From: a virus
Direction: 5' to 3' (one strand)
Length of the DNA stretch: 64,000 nucleotides
Virus record (IMG/VR): IMGVR_UViG_3300027969_000045
Positions 32,378 through 41,239 of the stretch are shown here, piece after piece. The translations under genes were made by a program, and so were the position numbers. The number at the start of each line of letters is the position of its first letter. The stretch's first letter is position 1. The notes under the pieces were generated by a model that saw nothing but the letters and a program-made list of their open reading frames with translations, was not told the DNA's origin and did no database searches.

Positions 32378-33417
32378 AGGTGGGTTTGATTTGTGACACC
32401 CACTATGGATTTAAGAAAGCAAATAAATCTTTTCACGATTATTTTGCTAAATTTTATGGTGAAGTATTTTTCCCTATATTAGAAAAAAGAAAAATCAAAA
32501 CAGTAGTTCATTTGGGAGATTCTTTTGATAATCGCAAAGGTGTTGATTATTGGGCATTAGAATGGGCAAAGAAGAATGTTTATGACCGATTTGAAAAATT
32601 GGGAATCACAGTTTATAATATAGTAGGAAACCACGATTCTTATTATAAGAATTCCAATGAAGTAAATGCAGTTGATGGATTGTTAAAACAATATGATAAT
32701 GTGATACCAATTTCAAGACCAACAGAAATTTGTATTGAAGGAATGAATTCTTTGGTTCTTCCTTGGATTTGTTCCGATAATGAAGAAGAAACTTTTAATT
32801 TAATTCAAGAAACCAAAGCAAAAGTTGTTTTTGGGCATTTAGAGTTAAATGGATTTTCTGCTTATCCTGGCCATATTATGACTGATGGATTGTCTGCTGA
32901 AAAATTTGAAAAATTTGATAGAGTATTTACCGGTCATTATCATACTAAATCTGATAATGAAAAAGTATTTTATCTCGGAAATCCTTATCAAATGTTTTGG
33001 AATGATGTGGATGATGCTAGAGGATTTCATATTTTTGATACTGATACTTATGAATTGGAATATTTTAAAAATCCATACAATATATTTGAAAGAATCTACT
33101 ATGAAGATAGTGATATAAAAAAAATTGACAGTCCCATTTTAAAAGATAAAATTGTAAAAGTTATAGTTCGCAAAAAAACAAATCAATTAAATTTTGATAA
33201 ATTTTTAGATAAAATTGTAAAATCTTCACCTTTAGATTTGAAAGTTGTAGAAATTATTGATGTTGATGATGAAGATGTAGATTGCGAAGAAATATCTGCA
33301 GAAGATACATTATCCATTTTGGATAAATATGTAGAAGAAGCGGAATTTGGTTTAGACAAAACTATAATCAAAAAACTACTTCGGGATGTATATAAAGAAG
33401 CATTGGAATCAAACTGA
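32374..33417 (+). CDS. gp47: Recombination endonuclease subunit (Mre11/SbcD-like)
   Basis: DTH, HLGDSFDNRK, GNHD, GHYH metallophosphoesterase motifs; GTG start with GGAGG at 32361. Confidence 0.95.
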   Translation: MKVGLICDTHYGFKKANKSFHDYFAKFYGEVFFPILEKRKIKTVVHLGDSFDNRKGVDYWALEWAKKNVYDRFEKLGITVYNIVGNHDSYYKNSNEVNAVDGLLKQYDNVIPISRPTEICIEGMNSLVLPWICSDNEEETFNLIQETKAKVVFGHLELNGFSAYPGHIMTDGLSAEKFEKFDRVFTGHYHTKSDNEKVFYLGNPYQMFWNDVDDARGFHIFDTDTYELEYFKNPYNIFERIYYEDSDIKKIDSPILKDKIVKVIVRKKTNQLNFDKFLDKIVKSSPLDLKVVEIIDVDDEDVDCEEISAEDTLSILDKYVEEAEFGLDKTIIKKLLRDVYKEALESN

Positions 33418-33701
33418 TGTATTTACTTACAATTAAAGGAAAAGAAGACGAAGGGGCATATGCCGTAACCGATGAAGATGGAGAAAAGGCTCTGTATCTT
33501 TTTGAGGATGGTGATGATGCTGAACGTTATTCTGGATTATTGGAAGCAGAAGATTATCCTGAAATGACTATAATTGAAGTTGATGATGATCTTGCAGTAA
33601 AAACCTGCGAGATCTATGGGTACAATTATGTTATAATTAATTCAAATGATTTTGTAATACCACCAAGAGAATATGATACTGTTCAAGCGAATAAAATTTA
33701 A
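33417..33701 (+). CDS. Hypothetical acidic protein
   Basis: 94-aa ORF coupled between gp47 and gp46. Confidence 0.7.
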   Translation: MYLLTIKGKEDEGAYAVTDEDGEKALYLFEDGDDAERYSGLLEAEDYPEMTIIEVDDDLAVKTCEIYGYNYVIINSNDFVIPPREYDTVQANKI

Positions 33702-35388
33702 GAATTTTTTGTCTTCTGGAAATACGCCAACAGAAATTAATTTTGCCGAAGTTTCAACAACATTAATTGTTGGAACAAATGGTTCTGGCAAAAGTACAAT
33801 GTTGGATGCCTTGTGTTTTGTTTTATTCAATAAAGCATTTAGAAAGATTGTAAAAAATCAACTCATCAATTCAACCAATGAAAAAGAATGTCTGGTTGAA
33901 ATTGAATTTAATATTTCAGACAAAGAATATAAAGTCATAAGAGGAATTAAACCAAATATTTTTGAAATTTGGATTGATGGTGTTCTACAAAATCAAGTAG
34001 CAGCATCAAACGACCAACAAAAATACCTAGAAGATACAATACTGAAATTAAATTATAAATCATTTACGCAAATTGTAATTCTTGGAAGTGCTTCTTTTGT
34101 GCCTTTTATGCAACTTTCGGCAGCACATCGTCGTGAAGTTGTGGAAGACTTATTGGATATTAAAATATTTTCAACAATGAATTCCATTTTAAAAGAAAAA
34201 ATAAGAAATTCAAATGAAAAAATAAAAGAATTCACTTTGCTTGAAAAATCAATTGACGAAAAGATTTTGATGCAGACTGATTTTATTGAAGAATTGGAAA
34301 AAAGAGGTAAAAAAAATATAGAGCAAAAGCAAAATAAAATTCAAGAACTTTTTGATTTAGAAGTTTCTGTGAGTGATGAAATTGACGCGATACAAAAAAA
34401 AGTTGTTTCATTAAATTCGCAACTTGAAGAGTTTTCGGATGCAGCAACTAAACTCAAAAAACTCACCTCCCTTAAAGGAAAAATACAACAAAAAGTTATT
34501 TCTATTACTGAAGAGCACAAATTTTTTAATGAGAATTCTGTATGTCCAACTTGCAAACAATCAATTGAAGAAGATTTTAGGTTCAATAAAGTAAATGAAA
34601 TAGAAACAAATTCAAAAGATTTGAAAGAAGGATATGTTGAATTGGAAAGGACAATTGAAGATGAAGAAAAAAGAGAAGAACAATTCATTCAAATTTCAAA
34701 AGAAATATCAAGATTGAATAATGAAATTTCCAAAGATAATATTTGTATTTCAAATTACAGAAAAAATATTAAAGAATTGCAGAATGAAATTCAAACCATT
34801 ACAGAGCAATTTGAAAATAAAAACATTGAAACCGAAAAATTAAAATTTTTACATAAAGAAAAAGAAGATAATTTTAAAAAGAAATCAAAATATAAAGAAA
34901 CTGTAAATTATTTTGACTTTGCTCAACTTTTAATGAAAGACGGTGGGGTTAAATCAAAAATTATTCAAAAGTATATTCCATTGATGAATCAACAAATCAA
35001 TAAGTATTTGCAGATGATGGAGTTTTATATTAATTTTACTCTTGATGATGAATTCAAAGAACATATTAAATCTCCAATTCACGAAGATTTCAGTTATGAA
35101 AGTTTTAGTGAAGGCGAAAAAATGAGAATTAACTTGGCAATTCTTTTCACTTGGAGAGAAATTGCTAGAATGAAAAATAGTGTCTCTACAAATCTTTTGA
35201 TTTTAGATGAAGTTTTTGATAGTTCTTTAGATAATACTGGAACTGATTACTTTACAAAAATCATCAAATATGTGATTAAAGATACTAATGTGTTTGTGAT
35301 TTCGCATAAGACAGATGAATTGATTGCTAAGTTTGATAAAATTATTACATTTGAAAAAGTGAAAGGATTTTCTAAGATAAGCACTTGA
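33673..35388 (+). CDS. gp46: Recombination ATPase subunit (Rad50/SbcC-like)
   Basis: GTNGSGKST, CPTC zinc hook, FSEGEK signature, LILDEVFDSSLD. Confidence 0.96.
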   Translation: MILFKRIKFKNFLSSGNTPTEINFAEVSTTLIVGTNGSGKSTMLDALCFVLFNKAFRKIVKNQLINSTNEKECLVEIEFNISDKEYKVIRGIKPNIFEIWIDGVLQNQVAASNDQQKYLEDTILKLNYKSFTQIVILGSASFVPFMQLSAAHRREVVEDLLDIKIFSTMNSILKEKIRNSNEKIKEFTLLEKSIDEKILMQTDFIEELEKRGKKNIEQKQNKIQELFDLEVSVSDEIDAIQKKVVSLNSQLEEFSDAATKLKKLTSLKGKIQQKVISITEEHKFFNENSVCPTCKQSIEEDFRFNKVNEIETNSKDLKEGYVELERTIEDEEKREEQFIQISKEISRLNNEISKDNICISNYRKNIKELQNEIQTITEQFENKNIETEKLKFLHKEKEDNFKKKSKYKETVNYFDFAQLLMKDGGVKSKIIQKYIPLMNQQINKYLQMMEFYINFTLDDEFKEHIKSPIHEDFSYESFSEGEKMRINLAILFTWREIARMKNSVSTNLLILDEVFDSSLDNTGTDYFTKIIKYVIKDTNVFVISHKTDELIAKFDKIITFEKVKGFSKIST

Positions 35389-35413
35389 CTTTTTTTGATT
35401 TTTGTGTTAGTAT
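35385..35413 (+). promoter_or_regulatory. Sigma70-like early promoter
   Basis: TTGACT-N17-TAGTAT with TG extension. Confidence 0.55.
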
Positions 35414-35437
35414 TTTAAGGTAGTTTGATACTAAATT

Positions 35438-35746
35438 ATGAAATGGAAGTACAATGAAGAACAAATTCTAAAAGATATTGGTGAATATGTTCTCAGTACA
35501 TATGGTAGTCATTACGTCGGCAGTGAAGAAGGATATGAAGATATTCAAACGATTGATTTGGCTGCTTCCAAAGGACTTGCTCAAGACTTCTGTCAAGTGA
35601 ATATTTTGAAGTATGGTTCTAGATATGGGCAAAAGAATGGTCGCAATAAAAGAGATTTGCTTAAAGTCATTCATTATGCTATGCTACTTCTTCACTTTGA
35701 CAGGCACTATAGCCGTGTTGATAATGGACTGGATGAATTTAAATGA
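35438..35746 (+). CDS. Conserved hypothetical protein (DUF3310-like)
   Basis: FCQVNILKYGSRYGQKNG...DLLKVIHY motif. Confidence 0.65.
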   Translation: MKWKYNEEQILKDIGEYVLSTYGSHYVGSEEGYEDIQTIDLAASKGLAQDFCQVNILKYGSRYGQKNGRNKRDLLKVIHYAMLLLHFDRHYSRVDNGLDEFK

Positions 35747-36408
35747 AACTATCTGAAAATACAATTTCAATTCTTAAAAACTTTGCGTCAATTAATCAAT
35801 CTATTCTTGTGAAGAGTGGATCAAAAATTCGCACTATGTCTGTAATAAAAACTATCTTGGCACAGGCAGAAGTAGAAGAAGAATTTCCAAAAGACTTTGC
35901 AATTTATGATTTAAATCAATTTCTAAACGGTCTTAGCCTTCACCAAGACCCAGAACTTGATTTTTCAAATGATAATTATCTTGTAATCCGAGAAGGGAAA
36001 CGTAAGGTAAAGTATTTCTTTGCTGATCCAGAAGTAATTGTTTCTGCGCCAGAAAAAGAAATTGAACTTCCTTCCAAAGATGTTTGTTTTCAACTTGATC
36101 ATTCCCATTTAGATAAATTGAAAAAAGCATCAGCAGTATATCAGTTGAATGATCTATCTGTAATTGGTGATGCTGGTGTAATTCGTTTGGTTGTAAGAGA
36201 TAAGAGAAACGATACTTCTAACGAGTATTCAATTACTGTGGGAGAAACTGATAAGGAATTTGTGTTTAATTTTAAAGTTGAAAATCTTAAAATTATTCCA
36301 ACAAATTATGATGTTGTGATTTCATCTAAACTCATTTCCCAATTTACAAATGAGAAGTATAATTTGAATTATTGGATTCCAATGGAACCCGATTCTGAAT
36401 TTAAATAA
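35743..36408 (+). CDS. gp45: Sliding clamp
   Basis: MKLSENTISILKNFASINQSI, FAIYDLNQFL. Confidence 0.95.
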   Translation: MKLSENTISILKNFASINQSILVKSGSKIRTMSVIKTILAQAEVEEEFPKDFAIYDLNQFLNGLSLHQDPELDFSNDNYLVIREGKRKVKYFFADPEVIVSAPEKEIELPSKDVCFQLDHSHLDKLKKASAVYQLNDLSVIGDAGVIRLVVRDKRNDTSNEYSITVGETDKEFVFNFKVENLKIIPTNYDVVISSKLISQFTNEKYNLNYWIPMEPDSEFK

Positions 36409-36425
36409 CTTTATTTTTTTATATT

Positions 36426-36956
36426 ATGAACATTTTTGCCAATGATCAGTGTCCGGTGCTTTCTGCCGTGGCACTTCCTGACAAATACTCAGTGAAAATG
36501 CCCTTGGAGACCTGTCAGATGATTTCTGTCATCTACTCCAAGTGGTACTATGATTGGGGAACCATTCCAAAGAAAGACGGCACCCCCTATAATACAGAGA
36601 AGGGTGCCTTCCGTAATCATCCTTGTACTCAATGGGCAGCAAAATCCCACGAGAACCTTGCTTGGTTGATTCGGCACGGATTTGCCCTTTGTAATGAGTA
36701 TCGGCATCGTTATGAAAAAGACCACGCTTGTATGAAAGGTCTTGAAGTTGCGGAGAATATCTTTGCTACTAAAAGTGGAAAAGAAATCGGTATCTACAAA
36801 AATGTGGTAGAATTCACAAGGGCAATGTCGGATGAGTTCAAGTGCGATACTTCAATTGATACATTTGAGGCATATAGAAGATATGTTGCCTCCAAACCCT
36901 GGGTGAAGGATAATTACCTTCGCATCCCCGAAAGACGACCGCAATGGGTGGTATAA
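36426..36956 (+). CDS. Pyrimidine-dimer DNA glycosylase (DenV/Pyr_excise-like)
   Basis: MNIF...DK..VKMPLETCQM, NHPCTQWA, LCNEY..RY.K.H motifs. Confidence 0.7.
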   Translation: MNIFANDQCPVLSAVALPDKYSVKMPLETCQMISVIYSKWYYDWGTIPKKDGTPYNTEKGAFRNHPCTQWAAKSHENLAWLIRHGFALCNEYRHRYEKDHACMKGLEVAENIFATKSGKEIGIYKNVVEFTRAMSDEFKCDTSIDTFEAYRRYVASKPWVKDNYLRIPERRPQWVV

Positions 36957-36963
36957 ATAATGA

Positions 36964-37036
36964 TGCCTGGTTTGTTCGCACTTTTCGGGTGGGGGAGTAG
37001 AAATGCTCTCCCTTATAAATAGTATTGCGAACAAAC
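36964..37036 (+). promoter_or_regulatory. Structured leader with late promoter for GIY-YIG copy 1
   Basis: gtttgttcgca (36970-36980) pairs perfectly with tgcgaacaaac (37026-37036); inner hairpin 36991-37012; TATAAATA 37014-37021. Confidence 0.7.
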
Positions 37037-37048
37037 AACAGAGCAGAA

Positions 37049-37618
37049 ATGTATTACTACACTTACGCATATTTGCGTGAAGATAAAACTCCTTATTATA
37101 TTGGTAAGGGTAAAGGTAATAGAATTAACTCTAAACAAAGAAGTATAAAACCCCCCAAAGATAAAAGTAGAATAATATACCTCAAACAAAATCTAACTGA
37201 AGCAGAGGCATTTAGACACGAAATCTATATGATTGCTGTGTTCGGTAGAAAGGATTTAGGAACTGGTATTCTTCATAATAGAACTGATGGTGGTGATGGT
37301 GCTTCTGGTACTGTAAGAAGTGTGGAAGTTAAGAAAAAGCAAAGTGAAAGGATGAGTGGAGAAAACAATCCTCACTATGGTAAAAGAGGTAAAGAGGGAC
37401 CTCATTATGGTAAAAAACATACGCAAGAAACAAAAGATAGAATAAGAAAATCTCTACAAGGTAATGTAATTTCCAAAGAAACTAGAATAAAGATTAGTGA
37501 AAAAAATAAACTAAATCAACTTGGAGAAAACAATTCCTTTTATGGGAGAAAACATACAGAAGAAACTAAAAGAAAAATGAGTGAGGCAGCAAAACGAAGA
37601 AAAGAAAAAGGTTCTTGA
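37049..37618 (+). CDS. Free-standing GIY-YIG homing endonuclease with NUMOD3-like repeats
   Basis: YTYAYLR...PYYIGKG..R, E, N..DGG; repeated YGKKHT.ETK..(I/M); start at ATG 37049. Confidence 0.9.
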   Translation: MYYYTYAYLREDKTPYYIGKGKGNRINSKQRSIKPPKDKSRIIYLKQNLTEAEAFRHEIYMIAVFGRKDLGTGILHNRTDGGDGASGTVRSVEVKKKQSERMSGENNPHYGKRGKEGPHYGKKHTQETKDRIRKSLQGNVISKETRIKISEKNKLNQLGENNSFYGRKHTEETKRKMSEAAKRRKEKGS

Positions 37619-37643
37619 CTTTTGTTGATTGTCGTGCTAAACT
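37615..37643 (+). promoter_or_regulatory. Sigma70-like early promoter
   Basis: TTGACT-N17-TAAACT with TG extension; -35 overlaps the GIY-YIG stop. Confidence 0.55.
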
Positions 37644-37670
37644 AAACACTAAACCTTACTGGATTTAATT

Positions 37671-38108
37671 ATGACTACGATTAAAACTTATGCGATTAAT
37701 GAACTCACCAGAATTGGAATGTATAATTCTGGGGAAGAAATGAATGATGAAATGTGTGAACATATTCTCAAAATAGTGGATGTATTTGACGAAGAGGGGC
37801 ACTCTGGATTTTCGGCAGAATATGCGATTGGTATTCTTCAAAAACTTCTAAGATGGGAACCACTTTCGCCCTTGACTGGTGATGATGATGAGTGGAAGAA
37901 TTTGGAGAATGAAGGATTTCAAAATAAGAGATGCTCTCGTGTCTTCAAGGATGAAAAAGGTGGACAAGCATATGATATTCGTGGCAAAGTCTTCGTAAAT
38001 CCTGATGGTGCTGCTTTTACTAGTCGTGACAGTCGGGTGTATATTGACTTTCCGTATGTTCCTAAAACTGAATATGTAAATGTAGAACACGAAACTACTG
38101 AAGACTGA
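37671..38108 (+). CDS. Hypothetical phage protein
   Basis: 145-aa ORF; GHSGFSA...PLSPLTG.DDEW...QNKRCSRVFK motif. Confidence 0.7.
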   Translation: MTTIKTYAINELTRIGMYNSGEEMNDEMCEHILKIVDVFDEEGHSGFSAEYAIGILQKLLRWEPLSPLTGDDDEWKNLENEGFQNKRCSRVFKDEKGGQAYDIRGKVFVNPDGAAFTSRDSRVYIDFPYVPKTEYVNVEHETTED

Positions 38109-38110
38109 TT

Positions 38111-38347
38111 ATGACTTTTAAATTAACACAAGAACAAATCGATACTATTCGAGAAGTATTTGATAAACAATCACCCGGACAGTATGATTTTGATTGTTGG
38201 GAAGGAATATACAAACAACTCCTACTGGCGGATGAAAAATATATTAAAATAACTGAAGAAGGAAAGGAAGTACTTTCAATTTTTTATCTGAAACCTCAAG
38301 GTAGGGGACCACTTTGTATCGAAATGGTAAAAGTAACCAGAGATTGA
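38111..38347 (+). CDS. Hypothetical protein
   Basis: 78-aa ORF packed in the operon. Confidence 0.6.
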   Translation: MTFKLTQEQIDTIREVFDKQSPGQYDFDCWEGIYKQLLLADEKYIKITEEGKEVLSIFYLKPQGRGPLCIEMVKVTRD

Positions 38348-38389
38348 GATTATTCGCAGATTATTATTACCTTTGAACTTATTTAAATT

Positions 38390-39343
38390 ATGAACACAGA
38401 CAGAACTGACTTCTTGTGGTGCGAAAAATATCGCCCAAAGACGATTGAGGATTGTATCCTTCCAGAAGGTATTAAAAAGACTTTCCAAGACTTTCTAAAT
38501 AGGGGTGAAATTCCAAATATGCTACTTGCCGGTCCTGCCGGATGTGGTAAGACTACAGTAGCAAAAGCACTATGTAATGAATTAGGGGTAGATTTTTATG
38601 TCATTAATGGATCCGACGAAGGTAGATTCCTCGATACTGTCCGAAACAATGCGAAAAACTTTGCTTCGACCGTCTCACTTTCTTCGGATGCTAAACACAA
38701 AGTCATCATCATTGATGAAGCAGACAATTCAAGTAAAGATGTTCAACTCCTTCTACGGGCGTTTACTGAGGAATTTAACAAGAATTGCCGATTTATCTTT
38801 ACCTGTAACTACAAAAACAAAATTATTGAACCCCTTCACTCCCGATGTGCAGTTGTTGAGTTCTCAATCCAAGGCAAAGAAAAAGCGCAGTTGGCAGGAT
38901 CCTTTTTCAAGCGTCTTCAAAACATCTTGGATGAAGAGAGGATCCGATATGATCCGAAAGTCCTTGCAGAACTGATCAATAAGCACTTTCCTGATTGGCG
39001 TAGAGTTCTCAACGAATGCCAAAGGTATTCTGTAAGTGGTGAAATTGATTCTGGTATTCTTGCATCGTTCTCTGACGTAAAAGTAAATGATCTCATTAAA
39101 TGTCTCAAAGAAAAGAACTTTACGGAAGTTCGTAAATGGGTTATATCCAATCTTGATAATGACTCTTCTGTTATTCTTCGTAGGGTGTATGATGCACTTT
39201 ATGAATCTTTGGTTCCTTCTAGTATTCCTGCCGCTGTTCTTACTATTGCGAAGTATTTGTATCAAGGTAGTTTTGTTGCCGACAATGAAATAAATCTTCT
39301 TGCTTGTTTGACTGAAATAATGTGTGAGTGCGAGTTCCTATGA
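38390..39343 (+). CDS. gp44: Clamp loader large subunit (AAA+)
   Basis: LWCEKYRP, GPAGCGKTT, IIDEAD, LHSRC. Confidence 0.96.
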   Translation: MNTDRTDFLWCEKYRPKTIEDCILPEGIKKTFQDFLNRGEIPNMLLAGPAGCGKTTVAKALCNELGVDFYVINGSDEGRFLDTVRNNAKNFASTVSLSSDAKHKVIIIDEADNSSKDVQLLLRAFTEEFNKNCRFIFTCNYKNKIIEPLHSRCAVVEFSIQGKEKAQLAGSFFKRLQNILDEERIRYDPKVLAELINKHFPDWRRVLNECQRYSVSGEIDSGILASFSDVKVNDLIKCLKEKNFTEVRKWVISNLDNDSSVILRRVYDALYESLVPSSIPAAVLTIAKYLYQGSFVADNEINLLACLTEIMCECEFL

Positions 39344-39612
39344 GTTTCAATCACTTAAAAGACGAACCAGTAAAGACAACTCCTGAAAATGTGAAGGAAG
39401 CAAATGAAGCACTTTATCGTGCCAAGTGGAATCTTCCCCAAGCGGCAAAGCACTGTGGAATGACCAATAAAGAAATGAAATTAACCTTTTGGGAATATTT
39501 GAAGTATCATAAACCAGATTTTGAAATTCAAAAAGAACCAAAAATTCAACTTAATTTTGATGGTTGTTATAATTATAATAGATTGAAAAAAGAAGGATTA
39601 GCTGATGGTTGA
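39340..39612 (+). CDS. Hypothetical protein
   Basis: ATGA overlap with the gp44 stop; VKTTPENVKEANEAL...AAKHCGMT motif. Confidence 0.6.
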   Translation: MSFNHLKDEPVKTTPENVKEANEALYRAKWNLPQAAKHCGMTNKEMKLTFWEYLKYHKPDFEIQKEPKIQLNFDGCYNYNRLKKEGLADG

Positions 39613-39988
39613 ACTTAAAGATTGGTTGAAATCAATCAATCAGAATAAAAAAAATATTATGGATGGCGACGCATCAACAGAAAAAGATTATGCTCCATAT
39701 ATTATCAATCGTTGCTTATCCGCACATATTGATTGCTTAATGTATGTAAATGAAATGAATAAATATCACTTTCTTCCAAAGAAGCTTCAATATGATTTTT
39801 TTATAAATATTTTGAGAACCAAAAAGAGATATTCTACTTGGTTAAGTAAAGAAAAAATCAAAGATATTGATTATGTCAAACGTTATTATGGATATAATAA
39901 TGAAAAGGCACTACAAGCTTTGTCTATTCTATCAAAAGAACAATTAACATTTATTAAAGCGAAATTTGAAACTGGAGGAACAAAATGA
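39605..39988 (+). CDS. gp62: Clamp loader small subunit
   Basis: LKDWLKSIN, Y.PYIINRCLS, YYGYNNEKALQAL. Confidence 0.92.
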   Translation: MVELKDWLKSINQNKKNIMDGDASTEKDYAPYIINRCLSAHIDCLMYVNEMNKYHFLPKKLQYDFFINILRTKKRYSTWLSKEKIKDIDYVKRYYGYNNEKALQALSILSKEQLTFIKAKFETGGTK

Positions 39989-40422
39989 GTGTAATTCAAG
40001 AACCTGTTGTAAATTGGACACCTGACCAAATGGTTGAGGTAATCCTAAATGAACCTGATGACTTTCTGAAAGTTCGTGAAACTTTGACACGCATCGGAGT
40101 TGCTTCACGCAAGGAAAAGAAAATCTATCAATCTTGCCATATTCTTCACAAGCAAGGCAGATACTATCTTGTGCATTTTAAAGAATTATTTGCACTTGAT
40201 GGAAAACACGCAAATCTTACGGTAAATGATGTCCAACGTCGTAATCGTATTGTACAACTTCTTGCAGATTGGGGACTTATTACTATAATTTCTCCGGAAA
40301 AAATTACTGATATTGCACCTTTGAATCAAATTAAAGTTCTTGCATTTAAAGATAAGGGTGAATGGGAACTTGAAACCAAATATAATATTGGCAAAAAGAC
40401 CAAACCACAGGAAACCGAATGA
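39985..40422 (+). CDS. regA: Translational repressor
   Basis: DDFLKVRETLTRIGVAS, QSCHILHKQGRYYLVHFKELFALDG. Confidence 0.96.
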   Translation: MSVIQEPVVNWTPDQMVEVILNEPDDFLKVRETLTRIGVASRKEKKIYQSCHILHKQGRYYLVHFKELFALDGKHANLTVNDVQRRNRIVQLLADWGLITIISPEKITDIAPLNQIKVLAFKDKGEWELETKYNIGKKTKPQETE

Positions 40423-40428
40423 TTTTGT

Positions 40429-40453
40429 AGGGAGTTCAACACTCCCTTTTTTT
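40429..40453 (+). terminator. Rho-independent terminator after regA
   Basis: agggagt-tcaac-actccct followed by a T run. Confidence 0.8.
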
Positions 40454-40528
40454 ATGTTCTGTGATATATACTAGTGATGTTGCCTTCGGGGACATCATTC
40501 ACTTACAGACGCTTTAAGGAGGTCTATT

Positions 40529-41014
40529 ATGTTTGGAACAGATTCATTTACACTTACAGTACCACAAACTGCAAAGTATTTGTTGGAAATTCAAAAGAAT
40601 AGTATTGGGATGGATGAGTGGTTTAAAAAATTTGATAGTGCGTTTGATACGCACACAAATTATCCACCATACAATTTAGTCAAAGAAAGTAGTGTTGAAT
40701 TTAGATTAGAAATCGCACTTGCTGGATACAAAAAAGAAGATATTAGGGTATCTACGGAAGAAAATATACTTACCCTTGATGTAGCAGAAGATAAAAAATC
40801 CAAAGATGCTACCGAATATCTTCATAATGGAATAGCAAAAAGAAGATTGAAAAGAACTTGGACTTTATCTAATGATGTAGTTCTTGGTGATGTTTCTTTT
40901 GTTGATGGATTGCTTACCATCAAACTAAATAGAGTTATTCCAGAGCATCAAAAGAGAAAAGTTTATGAAATCATTTCAGGAGTTCGTGAAGACAATTCGG
41001 GAAATGAAGGGTGA
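40529..41014 (+). CDS. hsp20: Small heat shock protein (Hsp20/IbpA-like)
   Basis: NYPPYNL, LEIALAG, YLHNGIAKR, DGLLTIKL; AAGGAGG RBS. Confidence 0.92.
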   Translation: MFGTDSFTLTVPQTAKYLLEIQKNSIGMDEWFKKFDSAFDTHTNYPPYNLVKESSVEFRLEIALAGYKKEDIRVSTEENILTLDVAEDKKSKDATEYLHNGIAKRRLKRTWTLSNDVVLGDVSFVDGLLTIKLNRVIPEHQKRKVYEIISGVREDNSGNEG

Positions 41015-41126
41015 TTTTGGCGCTGATGAAAAGATGAGTGATCAACCAGTTAATTGTTATGGTAAAACCGTGAAATATAAAATGGCGCCAAACAAAAAAG
41101 TATGTGCCTTTAAAAGAAAAAGATAA
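40965..41126 (+). CDS. 53-aa basic protein with a capsid-targeting-like N-terminus (not in the ORF track)
   Basis: Hand translation: MKSFQEFVKTIREMKGDFGADEKMSDQPVNCYGKTVKYKMAPNKKVCAFKRKR*; CTAAATA at 40925-40931; fills an otherwise empty gap. Confidence 0.6.
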   Translation: MKSFQEFVKTIREMKGDFGADEKMSDQPVNCYGKTVKYKMAPNKKVCAFKRKR

Positions 41127-41163
41127 ATAATTGTGGGCTACCCCAATTAACTATCGTCGCCGC

Positions 41164-41207
41164 AGAGGGGAAGACTGGCAGAATCAGTCTTGACACCCCT
41201 CTTTTTT
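41164..41207 (+). terminator. Terminator-like hairpin overlapping the -35 of the next promoter
   Basis: agagggg/cccctct and aagactg/cagtctt stems followed by a T run. Confidence 0.7.
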
Positions 41208-41218
41208 CTTGTTATAAT
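41190..41218 (+). promoter_or_regulatory. Consensus sigma70 promoter for the DNA polymerase operon
   Basis: TTGACA-N17-TATAAT with TG extension. Confidence 0.85.
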
Positions 41219-41239
41219 ATATGAACGTATGAGGAATTT

